Below, piece after piece: positions 56,086-64,000 of a DNA stretch of 64,000 nt. Location of the stretch: the NCBI GenBank assembly GCA_029263055.1, contig JAJCYG010000099.1, forward strand, positions 64,083-128,082, read 5' to 3'. The DNA comes from Actinomycetes bacterium (GTDB taxonomy: Bacteria > Auribacterota > JAJCYG01). Under the pieces are notes generated by a model, which saw only the letters and a program-made list of their open reading frames with translations, ran no database searches and had not been told where the DNA came from. The position numbers were made by a program, and so were the translations under genes. How positions within the stretch are numbered: the stretch's first letter is position 1; every line of letters starts with the position of its first letter.

Positions 56086-57174
56086 CTATTGTTTAACAGT
56101 ATACCAAAATTCAGGTTGGATCAATTTGAGGGCTTGTTTGAAATATTTTTCTGAGCCAGAGCCAATCACATTCATGAGTGATTGCCCCATAACAGTGGCC
56201 ATTCCCATTGGAATGCCAAGCGTTTTTTCGTGCCAAAGGTAAACACAACCTTTGCATATACCGCAATGTTTCTCATAAGTTTGGTCGACCATGCTTTGTC
56301 GAAACTCAACCATTTTATCGTTATTCCAAATCTCTTTTAGCGAGTGCGTATTGGTATCCCCAATCTCACATTCACCTTCAAAGTCAAAACAGCATGGCAC
56401 TACTTTTCCATTGGCTAAAATAGACATTGAGACCCAAAGGTAAGAGCATGGGGAATAGGTTTCTTCGGTCAAAGTTTTGGGTTTATATTGATCGGTGTTA
56501 TTTAAGGTGTTACCCCAATTGTGTGGAAAGCGGATATTAACTTCATCAATTGGAAGATCATCAAAAATTGTGTGGAATTTTTGTTCTAACTCATTTCCAG
56601 GAACATAGGTGTCTGAATCTGTGATTAAGGTTTGGAGCACGGTGTAAGGTTTTTTAACGCCAAGTTCTTTTTTGCGTTTTAAAAATTTAACAATGTTTTC
56701 AATGGTCTTTTCATATTTAGCGCCAACCCGAACTTTTTCATACTGTTCTTTGGTATAGCCATCAAATGAAAAGGAGATGTAGTCAAGGCCACTTTTAAAG
56801 ATCTCTTCGATGTATTTGTCTGTTAGTATTGTGGCGTTGGTATGAATAAGAGGGCGAATTCCTTTGTCCTCTGCATACCGAATCATTTTAAAGATATCTT
56901 TATGTAGAAAAGATTCTCCTCCCAAAAAGAGAAACGCAGACCCAATAAATTCAGAGGCTTCATCCACAATCTTTTTAAACTGTCCTAAAGGCATGTAGGT
57001 GATGTTTTCTTTGCTTTCTAAAACAGAGTTCGGGCAGACCACGCAAGCTAAGTTACATTGTCCTGTTGGTTCCAGCCATAAAAACTGAGGCAAATAGGGG
57101 AGTTTGACTGTCTTTTTATTATAGTGATACAGAGAACGGACACTGTTATTGAGAACTTTTAATTTATTAGCCAT
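56086..57174 (-). CDS. Radical SAM enzyme with C-terminal SPASM (auxiliary Fe-S cluster) domain
   Basis: 362 aa; CxxxCxxC at LEPTGQCNLACVVCP; C-terminal Cys cluster CSYLWVS...VVPCCFDFEGECEIGD...CGICKGC. Confidence 0.8.
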   Translation of the reverse strand: MANKLKVLNNSVRSLYHYNKKTVKLPYLPQFLWLEPTGQCNLACVVCPNSVLESKENITYMPLGQFKKIVDEASEFIGSAFLFLGGESFLHKDIFKMIRYAEDKGIRPLIHTNATILTDKYIEEIFKSGLDYISFSFDGYTKEQYEKVRVGAKYEKTIENIVKFLKRKKELGVKKPYTVLQTLITDSDTYVPGNELEQKFHTIFDDLPIDEVNIRFPHNWGNTLNNTDQYKPKTLTEETYSPCSYLWVSMSILANGKVVPCCFDFEGECEIGDTNTHSLKEIWNNDKMVEFRQSMVDQTYEKHCGICKGCVYLWHEKTLGIPMGMATVMGQSLMNVIGSGSEKYFKQALKLIQPEFWYTVKQ

Positions 57175-57183
57175 AACAACAAA

Positions 57184-57963
57184 TTACTCTTTTTTTGAAT
57201 GGGCTAAAGCTTCAATTTTAGTTGAGAGCTTAAACATAGAATATCTTTTGATACCCCATTTCCAGAATAAAAACTTTCTTAAGGTATTAAGTGTTTTGAG
57301 CCCATAAATAGAGCTGTTCACAAAATTTATTCGGGAAGCTTCTTCAAAGTAACGAGTAGGAATGCCTATCTCGCTAATTTTAAAACCACGTGCCACTGCT
57401 TGGGCCACGATTTCAGTATCAAAAACAAAATCATTCGAACACTCGTACCAGGCAATCTCATCTAAAAAGTGACGGGAGTAAGCACGCAACCCTGTGTGGT
57501 ATTCAGAAAGTTTGCGGTTAAAAGCAGTGTTCTCTGTCCATGTTAGAAATTTATTCGCAATAAATTTCCACATTGGCATCCCACCTTTTAAAGCACCTTC
57601 ACCCAGCATTCGTGAACCAAAGACCACATCGGCTTCACCGCTTACGATAGGGGCTACCATTTCAGGAAGCTTAGTTGCATCGTATTGATAGTCCGGGTGA
57701 ATCATCACGACAACATCTGCATCGTGTTTCAGAGCGGCTAAGTAACATGTTTTTTGATTGGCGCCATAACCAGAGTTGATCGAGTGAACAATGATTTCAA
57801 TTCCCAATCGTTGGGCGATTTCAACCGTGTTATCTTGACTTGCATCATCGACTAGAATAGTTTCATCCACTAAATCTTTTGGGATGTCTTTGTAAGTCCG
57901 TTCTAATGTTTTTGCGGCATGGTAAGCCGGCATGATCACAACTACTTTTTTACCTTGAATCAT
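57184..57963 (-). CDS. Family 2 glycosyltransferase (polyprenyl-phosphate sugar synthase, Dpm1/GtrB-like)
   Basis: 259 aa; GT-A motifs VVIMPAYHAAKTL, DDASQDNT, DxD-like HPDYQYD. Confidence 0.8.
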   Translation of the reverse strand: MIQGKKVVVIMPAYHAAKTLERTYKDIPKDLVDETILVDDASQDNTVEIAQRLGIEIIVHSINSGYGANQKTCYLAALKHDADVVVMIHPDYQYDATKLPEMVAPIVSGEADVVFGSRMLGEGALKGGMPMWKFIANKFLTWTENTAFNRKLSEYHTGLRAYSRHFLDEIAWYECSNDFVFDTEIVAQAVARGFKISEIGIPTRYFEEASRINFVNSSIYGLKTLNTLRKFLFWKWGIKRYSMFKLSTKIEALAHSKKE

Positions 57964-57972
57964 TTTTTACCT

Positions 57973-58668
57973 CTAATTGACAAATCGATATTTTAATAGA
58001 GTCCACAGAGCGGCAATGCCATCTCTCCAGGTTATTTTTTTGCCTTCATTAAATTCACGACCACAATATGAAATTGGCACTTCATAGATACGAATGCCCT
58101 GTTTCAAAATTTTTGCAGTTAGTTCGGGTTCAAAATCAAATCGATGAGAATTGATTGTTAAGCTTTGTATAATATCACGTTTTATCACCTTATAACATGT
58201 TTCCATGTCGGAAAGAGTTGAATTATAAAGAACATTGGTCATAAAGGAGAGAAACTTGTTTCCGACCCAATGGTGAAAAAACATGTTTCGGTGTTCTCCC
58301 GTAAACCTCGATCCATAAACGACTTCTGCTCTTCCTTTTTGAATAGGTAAGATTAATTTAGCGTAATCTTCAGGGTCATATTCCAAATCAGCATCTTGAA
58401 TCAGGACATAATCACCCGTGGCTGCGGTTAATCCGGTGCGAATCGAAGCCCCTTTTCCTTGATTAACTTGATGAGAGAGGAACTTTACAGAGCCGTTAAA
58501 TTCGGTTTCACAGATTTTACGGGTCCCATCTGTAGAGGCATCATCAATTAAAATGATCTCTTTTTCAATGCCTTCTAAAGAAACAGCTTGGACTTGCTTC
58601 ATGATCTCAAGCAAGGTTCCTTCTTCATTATAGACTGGAATAATTATCGAAAGTTTCATAAAGGCCAC
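57973..58668 (-). CDS. Family 2 glycosyltransferase (polyprenyl-phosphate glycosyltransferase, ArnC/Dpm1-like)
   Basis: 231 aa; SIIIPVYNEEGTL, IDDASTDGT, QDADLEYDPED (DxD). Confidence 0.8.
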   Translation of the reverse strand: MAFMKLSIIIPVYNEEGTLLEIMKQVQAVSLEGIEKEIILIDDASTDGTRKICETEFNGSVKFLSHQVNQGKGASIRTGLTAATGDYVLIQDADLEYDPEDYAKLILPIQKGRAEVVYGSRFTGEHRNMFFHHWVGNKFLSFMTNVLYNSTLSDMETCYKVIKRDIIQSLTINSHRFDFEPELTAKILKQGIRIYEVPISYCGREFNEGKKITWRDGIAALWTLLKYRFVN

Positions 58669-58737
58669 AACCCTAACAATTTTCCCCTATAAATACAACA
58701 AGAAAGGCCTGTGTTTGTCGTGTACTGAATTCAGGGT

Positions 58738-58969
58738 ACACTGCGTGTCGAAATGTTGCCACAAAGACGGAGCAAAAAATGTGAGGGAAAGAGCAAGACT
58801 GGTGTTTGAACGGAGCCCCGCGCCGAATGTGCGTCTGCCAAGGGGGCTTTAGCCCTCTGGCAGAAAGCCATTCGGACCAGAGGCGCAGTGAGTTCATTCT
58901 TGCCCTCACATTTTTTGCGCAGTCTGCTGCAAATTCCGGGTGAAGGGGAAACATCTTTTAGATTATTTT
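58738..58969. repeat. Second copy of the MITE-like core: the 5' segment ACACTGCGTGTCGAAATGTTGCCACAAAG, then a core nearly identical to 31046-31210 (a few substitutions) carrying a 31-nt dyad-symmetric insertion (58834-58864), then a right terminal inverted repeat GGGGAAACATCTTTTAGATTATTTT
   Basis: Read directly by aligning the two regions; lies in the divergent intergenic region between the GT2 gene and aroC; lacks the left terminal inverted repeat of the 31011 copy. Confidence 0.65.
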
Positions 58970-59052
58970 GGCACTAGCTGATGAACGTAGCGTAACCACC
59001 TATATGTCTAAAGGCTTGAAAGATGGGGGGAGGAGGTTTATACTAAGTCATT

Positions 59053-60132
59053 ATGAGTAGCATGTTTGGGCAATTATTCAGAGTTTCGACGTTTGGGGAG
59101 TCTCATGGCGGCGCTGTTGGCGTGGTGGTGGATGGCTGTCCTCCAATGTTAGCTATTTCTGAAAAAGAGGTCCAAAAGGAGCTGAATCGGCGTAAACCTG
59201 GGCAGAGCCGAATTACCACAGCCCGAAACGAAGCTGATCAAGTCCAAATCCTTTCTGGAGTCTTTCAAGGCAAAACCCTTGGAACCCCTATTTTAATGCT
59301 CGTGGGAAACACCGATGCCCGTTCTCAAGATTATAAGCAGATGCAAGATCTGTTTCGTCCCTCTCATGCTGATTTTACTTATCAAATGAAGTATGGCATT
59401 CGTAACTGGCAAGGGGGAGGTCGTTCTTCTGCACGTGAAACCATTGGTCGTGTGGCAGCAGGGGCTATTGCGAAAAAGCTTTTAAAAGAGCGTTATAAAA
59501 CAGAAATTTTAGCTTATGTGAAACAAGTTCATGATTTGTATGCTGAAGTCGATTCCAATAAAGTTCAATTAAAAGATATTGAGAAAAATATTGTTCGTTG
59601 TCCAGATGCTAAAGTGGCTAAAGAGATGATTGCGTTAATTGACCAGGTTCGCAAACAAGGCGATTCACTTGGGGGTGTCGTTGAAGCAGTGGCTCGTAAC
59701 GTTCCTATTGGTTGGGGGGAGCCTGTGTTTGATAAGCTCGAAGCTGATTTAGCTAAAGCCATGATGTCGCTTCCTGCTTCTAAAGGTTTTGAAATTGGAA
59801 GTGGTTTCTCTTCAATCATGATGACCGGTTCCGAGCATAATGATCCTTTTACACTTAAAGGAAACAAAGTTAAAACCAAATCAAATTTTTCCGGTGGCGT
59901 GCAAGGTGGCATTTCTAATGGAGAAAATATTGTGATTCGTACTGCGTTTAAACCAACTGCAACAATTATGAAATCCCAAGAAACAGTTTCCGTAAAAGGG
60001 AAAAAAGCAATCCTTAAAGCTAAAGGGCGTCACGATCCATGTGTGCTGCCTCGTGCTGTTCCTATGGTGGAGTCGATGATTGCTTTAGTCTTAGCGGATC
60101 ACGCTTTGCGCCATGAAGCACAGTGTCGCTAA
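59053..60132 (+). CDS. aroC: Chorismate synthase
   Basis: 359 aa; [28 protein letters not shown] and [25 protein letters not shown] motifs. Confidence 0.9.
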   Translation: MSSMFGQLFRVSTFGESHGGAVGVVVDGCPPMLAISEKEVQKELNRRKPGQSRITTARNEADQVQILSGVFQGKTLGTPILMLVGNTDARSQDYKQMQDLFRPSHADFTYQMKYGIRNWQGGGRSSARETIGRVAAGAIAKKLLKERYKTEILAYVKQVHDLYAEVDSNKVQLKDIEKNIVRCPDAKVAKEMIALIDQVRKQGDSLGGVVEAVARNVPIGWGEPVFDKLEADLAKAMMSLPASKGFEIGSGFSSIMMTGSEHNDPFTLKGNKVKTKSNFSGGVQGGISNGENIVIRTAFKPTATIMKSQETVSVKGKKAILKAKGRHDPCVLPRAVPMVESMIALVLADHALRHEAQCR

Positions 60133-62543
60133 AGAGCAGATTCGATTGGTTCTGTAGAAGCTAATGCTAAAATCTCCTTTTCATTATCAAAACTAAATAA
60201 ACTTCTTAGTTCATCCATTTGTTGCTGAACTCTTTTCTTTCTTTCTTCAAATGTACCACTTCTAACTTTGTGTAAAAAAATCGGTGTTATTTCAGGAAAA
60301 TGGTAAACCAATATTTCAATTAAAGGAATGATCTCTTTAAATTCTTCCCGGTTATTTAAGATTTGTGATCTGACAATGGATTGAACCATCGCTATTTTTT
60401 CTTTGGGTTCTTTGATGAAGCCTTCTTCTCTTAAAACTTCTAGATCAGGAAGTTCTTTTAATAACTCTTGTGTATGAGCCTCTGAAAAAAAGAGTTTAAG
60501 TTGACTTCCTTTAGGATAAGTCACGTATGAAATGACTTGAGCTAAAAATTCTTCAATATTAGAGGTGCCCGGGATGGTTTTGTTATCAACAAATAAACTT
60601 TTTCTTTGAATAAGAAACCGGTTGTTGAGTTTGTTGAATAATTCACCAAGGGTTTGAATTGAAAAGAGTAAGTCTTCAAATGAAATCGTTTTTTCTCTTA
60701 GTCTGCTTCCTTGATAGTAAGATTTTATTTTCATTTGGACGTGTGAGTGGATGACTGCTTCATGGTGGATAACACCTAAAACAAAATCCCCAAAAGAGTC
60801 GACAAAAGCATTTTCTAATGTTTGGTTTGAGAGGGCTTGAGATAGAATTTTCCAAATCTTAAGTAAATGATCTTTGCTGATTCGAATCAAACCATTTTGA
60901 TTGGCTCCTAAAGGTTCGGCTAAAGAGTGTCGGGCAGTTTCTGTCATTCTAGAAGAGCTACCTCTTAAATTTTCTATGGCTTCACGGATGACTTCTTTAT
61001 CTAGAGAAGAAAATTGACTGATTGCTTCAGTTGCATTGTAAAAATTAACTTTCCCTTTAGCTAAAATCATTTCATTGGTTGCTTCAGCTGAAGGACCTAG
61101 TTGGGGTGTGATGAACTGTCCTCGTTGACGTAAGACTAAAATAACACCACCGTGCGTGCCAGAAACACCGGTTGCTGTATTGGCTGCAGTAGTGCCTACT
61201 CCTTGCCTACTCTGTATCGAAAGGATTTCTCCATTTACAATTTGTTGAACGGCTTCCGGAGTAAATGTGGTGCCGAGATTGGCATTGTCATGAGTTGCTT
61301 GAGAGAGTGCATTGGCAAAGCGAACTGTTTGAGCGCTATCAAGACCGCTATTTGCTGTCCCTAAAGTAAACGCAATGCCAGATGGATTTTGTGTGCCGAG
61401 TTGCTGTTTGATGCTATTGGGTTGAGTGGGATCAAGTGCTCTTACAAAATTTAGCTGGCCATTGCCGCTTGTATTTCCAAGAGTCATAACAGTACTGGTT
61501 TGCATGTCTGCGGCATAACCGGTGTCTAATGTTTGGTAATTACCGTTAGCCACTCCATTTGAATTACGTCCTTGGTTGAATCGTCCTTGAGTGTCATTCC
61601 ACAAGCTTTCAATAAATAAACGAAGATTAATGGCCGCTGTTCTGTACTGAGTGGCTTTTGTTGAATTTGTTGTGATGTTAGTAAACTCATTTAAAAAGGA
61701 AAATGCGGCAATATTTTCTTCTCCTGAAAGAGCTAACTGAGCACTGTTTTCAACAGCTTGTCCTGGAAATGTAGGGCGAGAGACGAGCGTGGTTAAAAGG
61801 TAGTCTGCAATGTTTTCTCCCATTGGAACAAATTGTCTGTCTCCAGTTTTGAGTGTGTAGAGGTTGATCGCCAATCCTGTAAAGGCAATAGCTCCTGTTT
61901 CTTTTTCTGTGAGGTCTTGAGTTGAGTTTGTTAAATGAAAACAAGCTGTAAAAGAGCCATCGGCATTTTGATTGGAGTGAAGAGTGCTTAAAATAGTTTG
62001 AGCCGTTTGTTGATAATTATTATTTGGAGCTTTGCTCTCAGCAACTAAGAGCGCCATAACAGCCATGGCTTGATTGTAAACGTGAGCAAATGAATTTGTA
62101 TTGGCTTCAAAACTTTTAACCAGTCCAACCAGGTTTGTGCGAGGCGTTCCGCTCGATTGAATGAGCTGCGTGGCGCGTTGGATTTGAAGCGTTAGCCAGT
62201 CTGCATGTTCTTGAATGCTTAAGTTTGGAGTTGGTAGTGTGGGTGCTTGTGTTGAAGGAGTGCGGCGTTTCTCAGAGCTACAGCCAATAATAGGGGCAAA
62301 TACAATGACTCCTAAAAGAGATCCGATTCCTGCAACCACAAGACGGCGATGCCGAAAAAAACGTTCTTCATTGGTTTCAGCTTTTATTTTGGGAGGTCCC
62401 CTAAAGATGGAGGGGCTTATGCTTGTTGAAATGATCTGTGATGGAACCGCTAAGTATTCTAGATCAGTATTGTGCTTGATTGGAGTGGATAGACTCAAGC
62501 AGAGGCAAACAAAAGCTGATAAAAACTTGAGCAGAAAAGACAT
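60129..62543 (-). CDS. Large secreted/lipoprotein-like hypothetical protein (804 aa)
   Basis: N-terminal signal peptide, then a hydrophobic segment ending in IIGCSS (possible lipobox); Asn/Gln/Thr-rich central part; helical C-terminus; no catalytic motif recognised. Confidence 0.6.
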   Translation of the reverse strand: MSFLLKFLSAFVCLCLSLSTPIKHNTDLEYLAVPSQIISTSISPSIFRGPPKIKAETNEERFFRHRRLVVAGIGSLLGVIVFAPIIGCSSEKRRTPSTQAPTLPTPNLSIQEHADWLTLQIQRATQLIQSSGTPRTNLVGLVKSFEANTNSFAHVYNQAMAVMALLVAESKAPNNNYQQTAQTILSTLHSNQNADGSFTACFHLTNSTQDLTEKETGAIAFTGLAINLYTLKTGDRQFVPMGENIADYLLTTLVSRPTFPGQAVENSAQLALSGEENIAAFSFLNEFTNITTNSTKATQYRTAAINLRLFIESLWNDTQGRFNQGRNSNGVANGNYQTLDTGYAADMQTSTVMTLGNTSGNGQLNFVRALDPTQPNSIKQQLGTQNPSGIAFTLGTANSGLDSAQTVRFANALSQATHDNANLGTTFTPEAVQQIVNGEILSIQSRQGVGTTAANTATGVSGTHGGVILVLRQRGQFITPQLGPSAEATNEMILAKGKVNFYNATEAISQFSSLDKEVIREAIENLRGSSSRMTETARHSLAEPLGANQNGLIRISKDHLLKIWKILSQALSNQTLENAFVDSFGDFVLGVIHHEAVIHSHVQMKIKSYYQGSRLREKTISFEDLLFSIQTLGELFNKLNNRFLIQRKSLFVDNKTIPGTSNIEEFLAQVISYVTYPKGSQLKLFFSEAHTQELLKELPDLEVLREEGFIKEPKEKIAMVQSIVRSQILNNREEFKEIIPLIEILVYHFPEITPIFLHKVRSGTFEERKKRVQQQMDELRSLFSFDNEKEILALASTEPIESAL

Positions 62544-62564
62544 GCATTAATGGTAGCAGCCTGT

Positions 62565-63773
62565 TTAAGCCCTGTCAATTAAGCAGACAAGTTCCATATG
62601 TGCGGTTTGGGGGAACATGTCTAGTAAAGTCACTTCTTTTAATGTGTAACCTTCTTGATTCAGTTTTGACAAGTCACGAGCGAGGGTTGCAGGATTACAA
62701 GAGACATAGATTAATTTATCGATCTTGTTTTTGACAATGGTTTCTAATACCTTGGCATCGCATCCTCTTCTTGGGGGATCTAAAAGCAACACTGGGGAGT
62801 TTTCTTTATTTTTCTCTAACACTTCAGCTAGTTTCTCTTCAACTTTTCCTTGAACAAAAGCGCTGTTTTTAATGTGGAGGATTTGATTGTTTTTCTTTGC
62901 GCAACCAATGGCACGAAAATCATATTCAATTCCAATTGATTTTTTTACATCAGGAGCAAACAAAAGGGTGAAAAGTCCGACGCCACAATAGGCATCAATG
63001 AATGTACTGTTAGGTTTAAGATCTAATTTATCTTTGACTTCTTCAACTAATTTTTCAAGCATTTCATGGTTGGTTTGAAAAAAAGAATCAAAGGGAGAAA
63101 GAAAGGCTTTGCCAGCTATTTGATCTTTGATTAAAGGGAGCGCTACTTTTCTCTCTTCTTCTCGTTCGAAAAAGAAATCTTTTTCTACTTCTTTAGAATT
63201 AACACGTGCGACCCATGTTCCTCTAAAATCATCTTGTTCTTTGCTGGCACCTTCACGAAAGACTTTTAACCGTTCATTAATTTTAGGATGGGCAATGGCG
63301 CATGTTTCAATATTAATGATTTGTCTGTTGTCTTCACCAATGAAACCGGCTTTCCATTCTGTTCCCTTTTTTTCAGCATGAATTTTTATTTTATTTCGAA
63401 AGCCAAAGTGAGTGTCTGAAGCAATTGTTTTGATCTCTGGAAAAGTCGTTAGTTTTCCAATGCGCTGAAAAAGATCTATGACCTGTTTCTTTTTTAAATC
63501 GAGTTGGTTGGAATAATCAGTATGCTGATACGCGCAACCTTGACATGATTCAAAGTATTCGCACTTTGGATCAATCCGTTTGGGACTTGCTTTTAGGATT
63601 TTGGTTACTCTTGCATTGGAGAATTTCTTCTTTTTCTCCACTATAGAGACTTCAACTTTTTCCCCTGGTAAGGTATTTGGGACAAAAATCACCTGTTTTT
63701 CGTGACGGCCAACACCAGCTCCACCAAAGGCGACATCTTCAATCGTAAGGGTTAAGTTTTCGTTTTTCTTCAT
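62565..63773 (-). CDS. rlmD: 23S rRNA (uracil-5)-methyltransferase RlmD/RumA family (TRAM + [4Fe-4S] + MTase)
   Basis: TRAM N-terminus MKKNENLTLTIEDVAFGGAGVGR, Cys cluster CEYFESCQGC, MTase motifs DAYCGVGLF and VSCNPATLARD; start taken at the internal Met (63773) instead of the track start 63854. Confidence 0.8.
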   Translation of the reverse strand: MKKNENLTLTIEDVAFGGAGVGRHEKQVIFVPNTLPGEKVEVSIVEKKKKFSNARVTKILKASPKRIDPKCEYFESCQGCAYQHTDYSNQLDLKKKQVIDLFQRIGKLTTFPEIKTIASDTHFGFRNKIKIHAEKKGTEWKAGFIGEDNRQIINIETCAIAHPKINERLKVFREGASKEQDDFRGTWVARVNSKEVEKDFFFEREEERKVALPLIKDQIAGKAFLSPFDSFFQTNHEMLEKLVEEVKDKLDLKPNSTFIDAYCGVGLFTLLFAPDVKKSIGIEYDFRAIGCAKKNNQILHIKNSAFVQGKVEEKLAEVLEKNKENSPVLLLDPPRRGCDAKVLETIVKNKIDKLIYVSCNPATLARDLSKLNQEGYTLKEVTLLDMFPQTAHMELVCLIDRA

Positions 63774-63835
63774 AATGGGCAGGATCCTAGCATGTTCCTC
63801 AAATTTCAGGTACACTAATTTAGGGGGAAAAATCA

Positions 63836-64000
63836 TGAAAGACCACGAAATCAAAGGGTTAGAGCTAAAAATAAGGACTTTTTTAGAGGATCAAAAGATC
63901 AGCCACCACCCTGAGTTTATTCACCAAATCTTACACTCAGGGTTTTCCCTAGCACGCGATAAAGCAGGCCGAGGAGATATTAAGCTAATTAATTCAGCAC
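63836..64000 (+). CDS. Partial ORF running off the window end (N-terminal 55 aa), unknown product
   Basis: ATG at 63836 preceded by GGGGGAAAAA; open to nt 64000 (MKDHEIKGLELKIRTFLEDQKISHHPEF...). Confidence 0.3.

Noticed and set aside
1-64000. CRISPR arrays, rRNA or tRNA genes
   Set aside because: No regularly spaced direct repeats with unique spacers and no tRNA-like or rRNA-like conserved blocks noticed in any intergenic region. Intergenic spaces are short except the two repeat-bearing ones.
1-64000. Firm taxonomic assignment (e.g. an environmental Chlamydiae or other PVC-group bacterium)
   Set aside because: Only soft hints (KDO transferase, Lys-rich TopA tail, bilobed hydrophobic segment, exosortase-associated-like small protein). 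It cannot be established without database comparison.

Overview
This 64-kb window reads as a chromosomal segment from a Gram-negative-type bacterium: a KDO transferase (waaA) is present. It is moderately AT-rich, about 40% GC by eye (not computed). The lineage cannot be fixed from sequence alone. A secreted-protein repertoire, a possible bilobed-hydrophobic large protein and a lysine-rich N-terminal tail on TopA loosely suggest a PVC/Chlamydiae-like organism, but this is unverified.

Gene content runs as follows:
- nt 1-7389: the 3' portion of an NADH:quinone oxidoreductase (complex I) operon, nuoD' (5'-truncated by the window edge) through nuoN.
- nt 7444-8072: an MNT/HepT-type nucleotidyltransferase + HEPN toxin-antitoxin pair.
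- nt 8086-20725: a long minus-strand housekeeping run (waaA, xerC/D-type recombinase, topA, dprA, aroB, aroK, a class II Fic protein, a prepilin peptidase, an aldo/keto reductase, aroE, a LeuA/CimA-family synthase).
- The rest is a patchwork: a 960-aa membrane protein with two small secreted ORFs, cysE, yraN, a CDGSH protein, two SAM methyltransferases flanking an orphan antidote-like HTH protein and a YifB/ComM ATPase, tandem FprA/adrenodoxin-reductase-like oxidoreductases, a TonB-like protein, a GT-C-like membrane protein with an epimerase, cspA, an FmdB zinc-ribbon protein, a glutamine-dependent NAD synthetase that appears split by a frameshift in an A6 run, a TPR membrane protein interrupted by an in-frame TAA, an S1 protease, tldD/pmbA, a Glu/Leu-DH + ALDH + aminotransferase catabolic trio, tandem secreted paralogs, a polyprenyl synthase, a glycosylation locus (GT-C with discoidin-like domain + radical-SAM/SPASM + two GT2), aroC, an 804-aa secreted protein and rlmD.

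The most unusual non-coding signal is a mosaic, MITE-like repeat family. It occurs twice (about 30.74-31.24 kb and 58.74-58.97 kb), with terminal inverted repeats, a shared core about 170 nt long with only a few differences between the copies, and an adjacent 220-bp unit closed by a perfect 25-bp inverted repeat.

No rRNA, tRNA or CRISPR array was seen.
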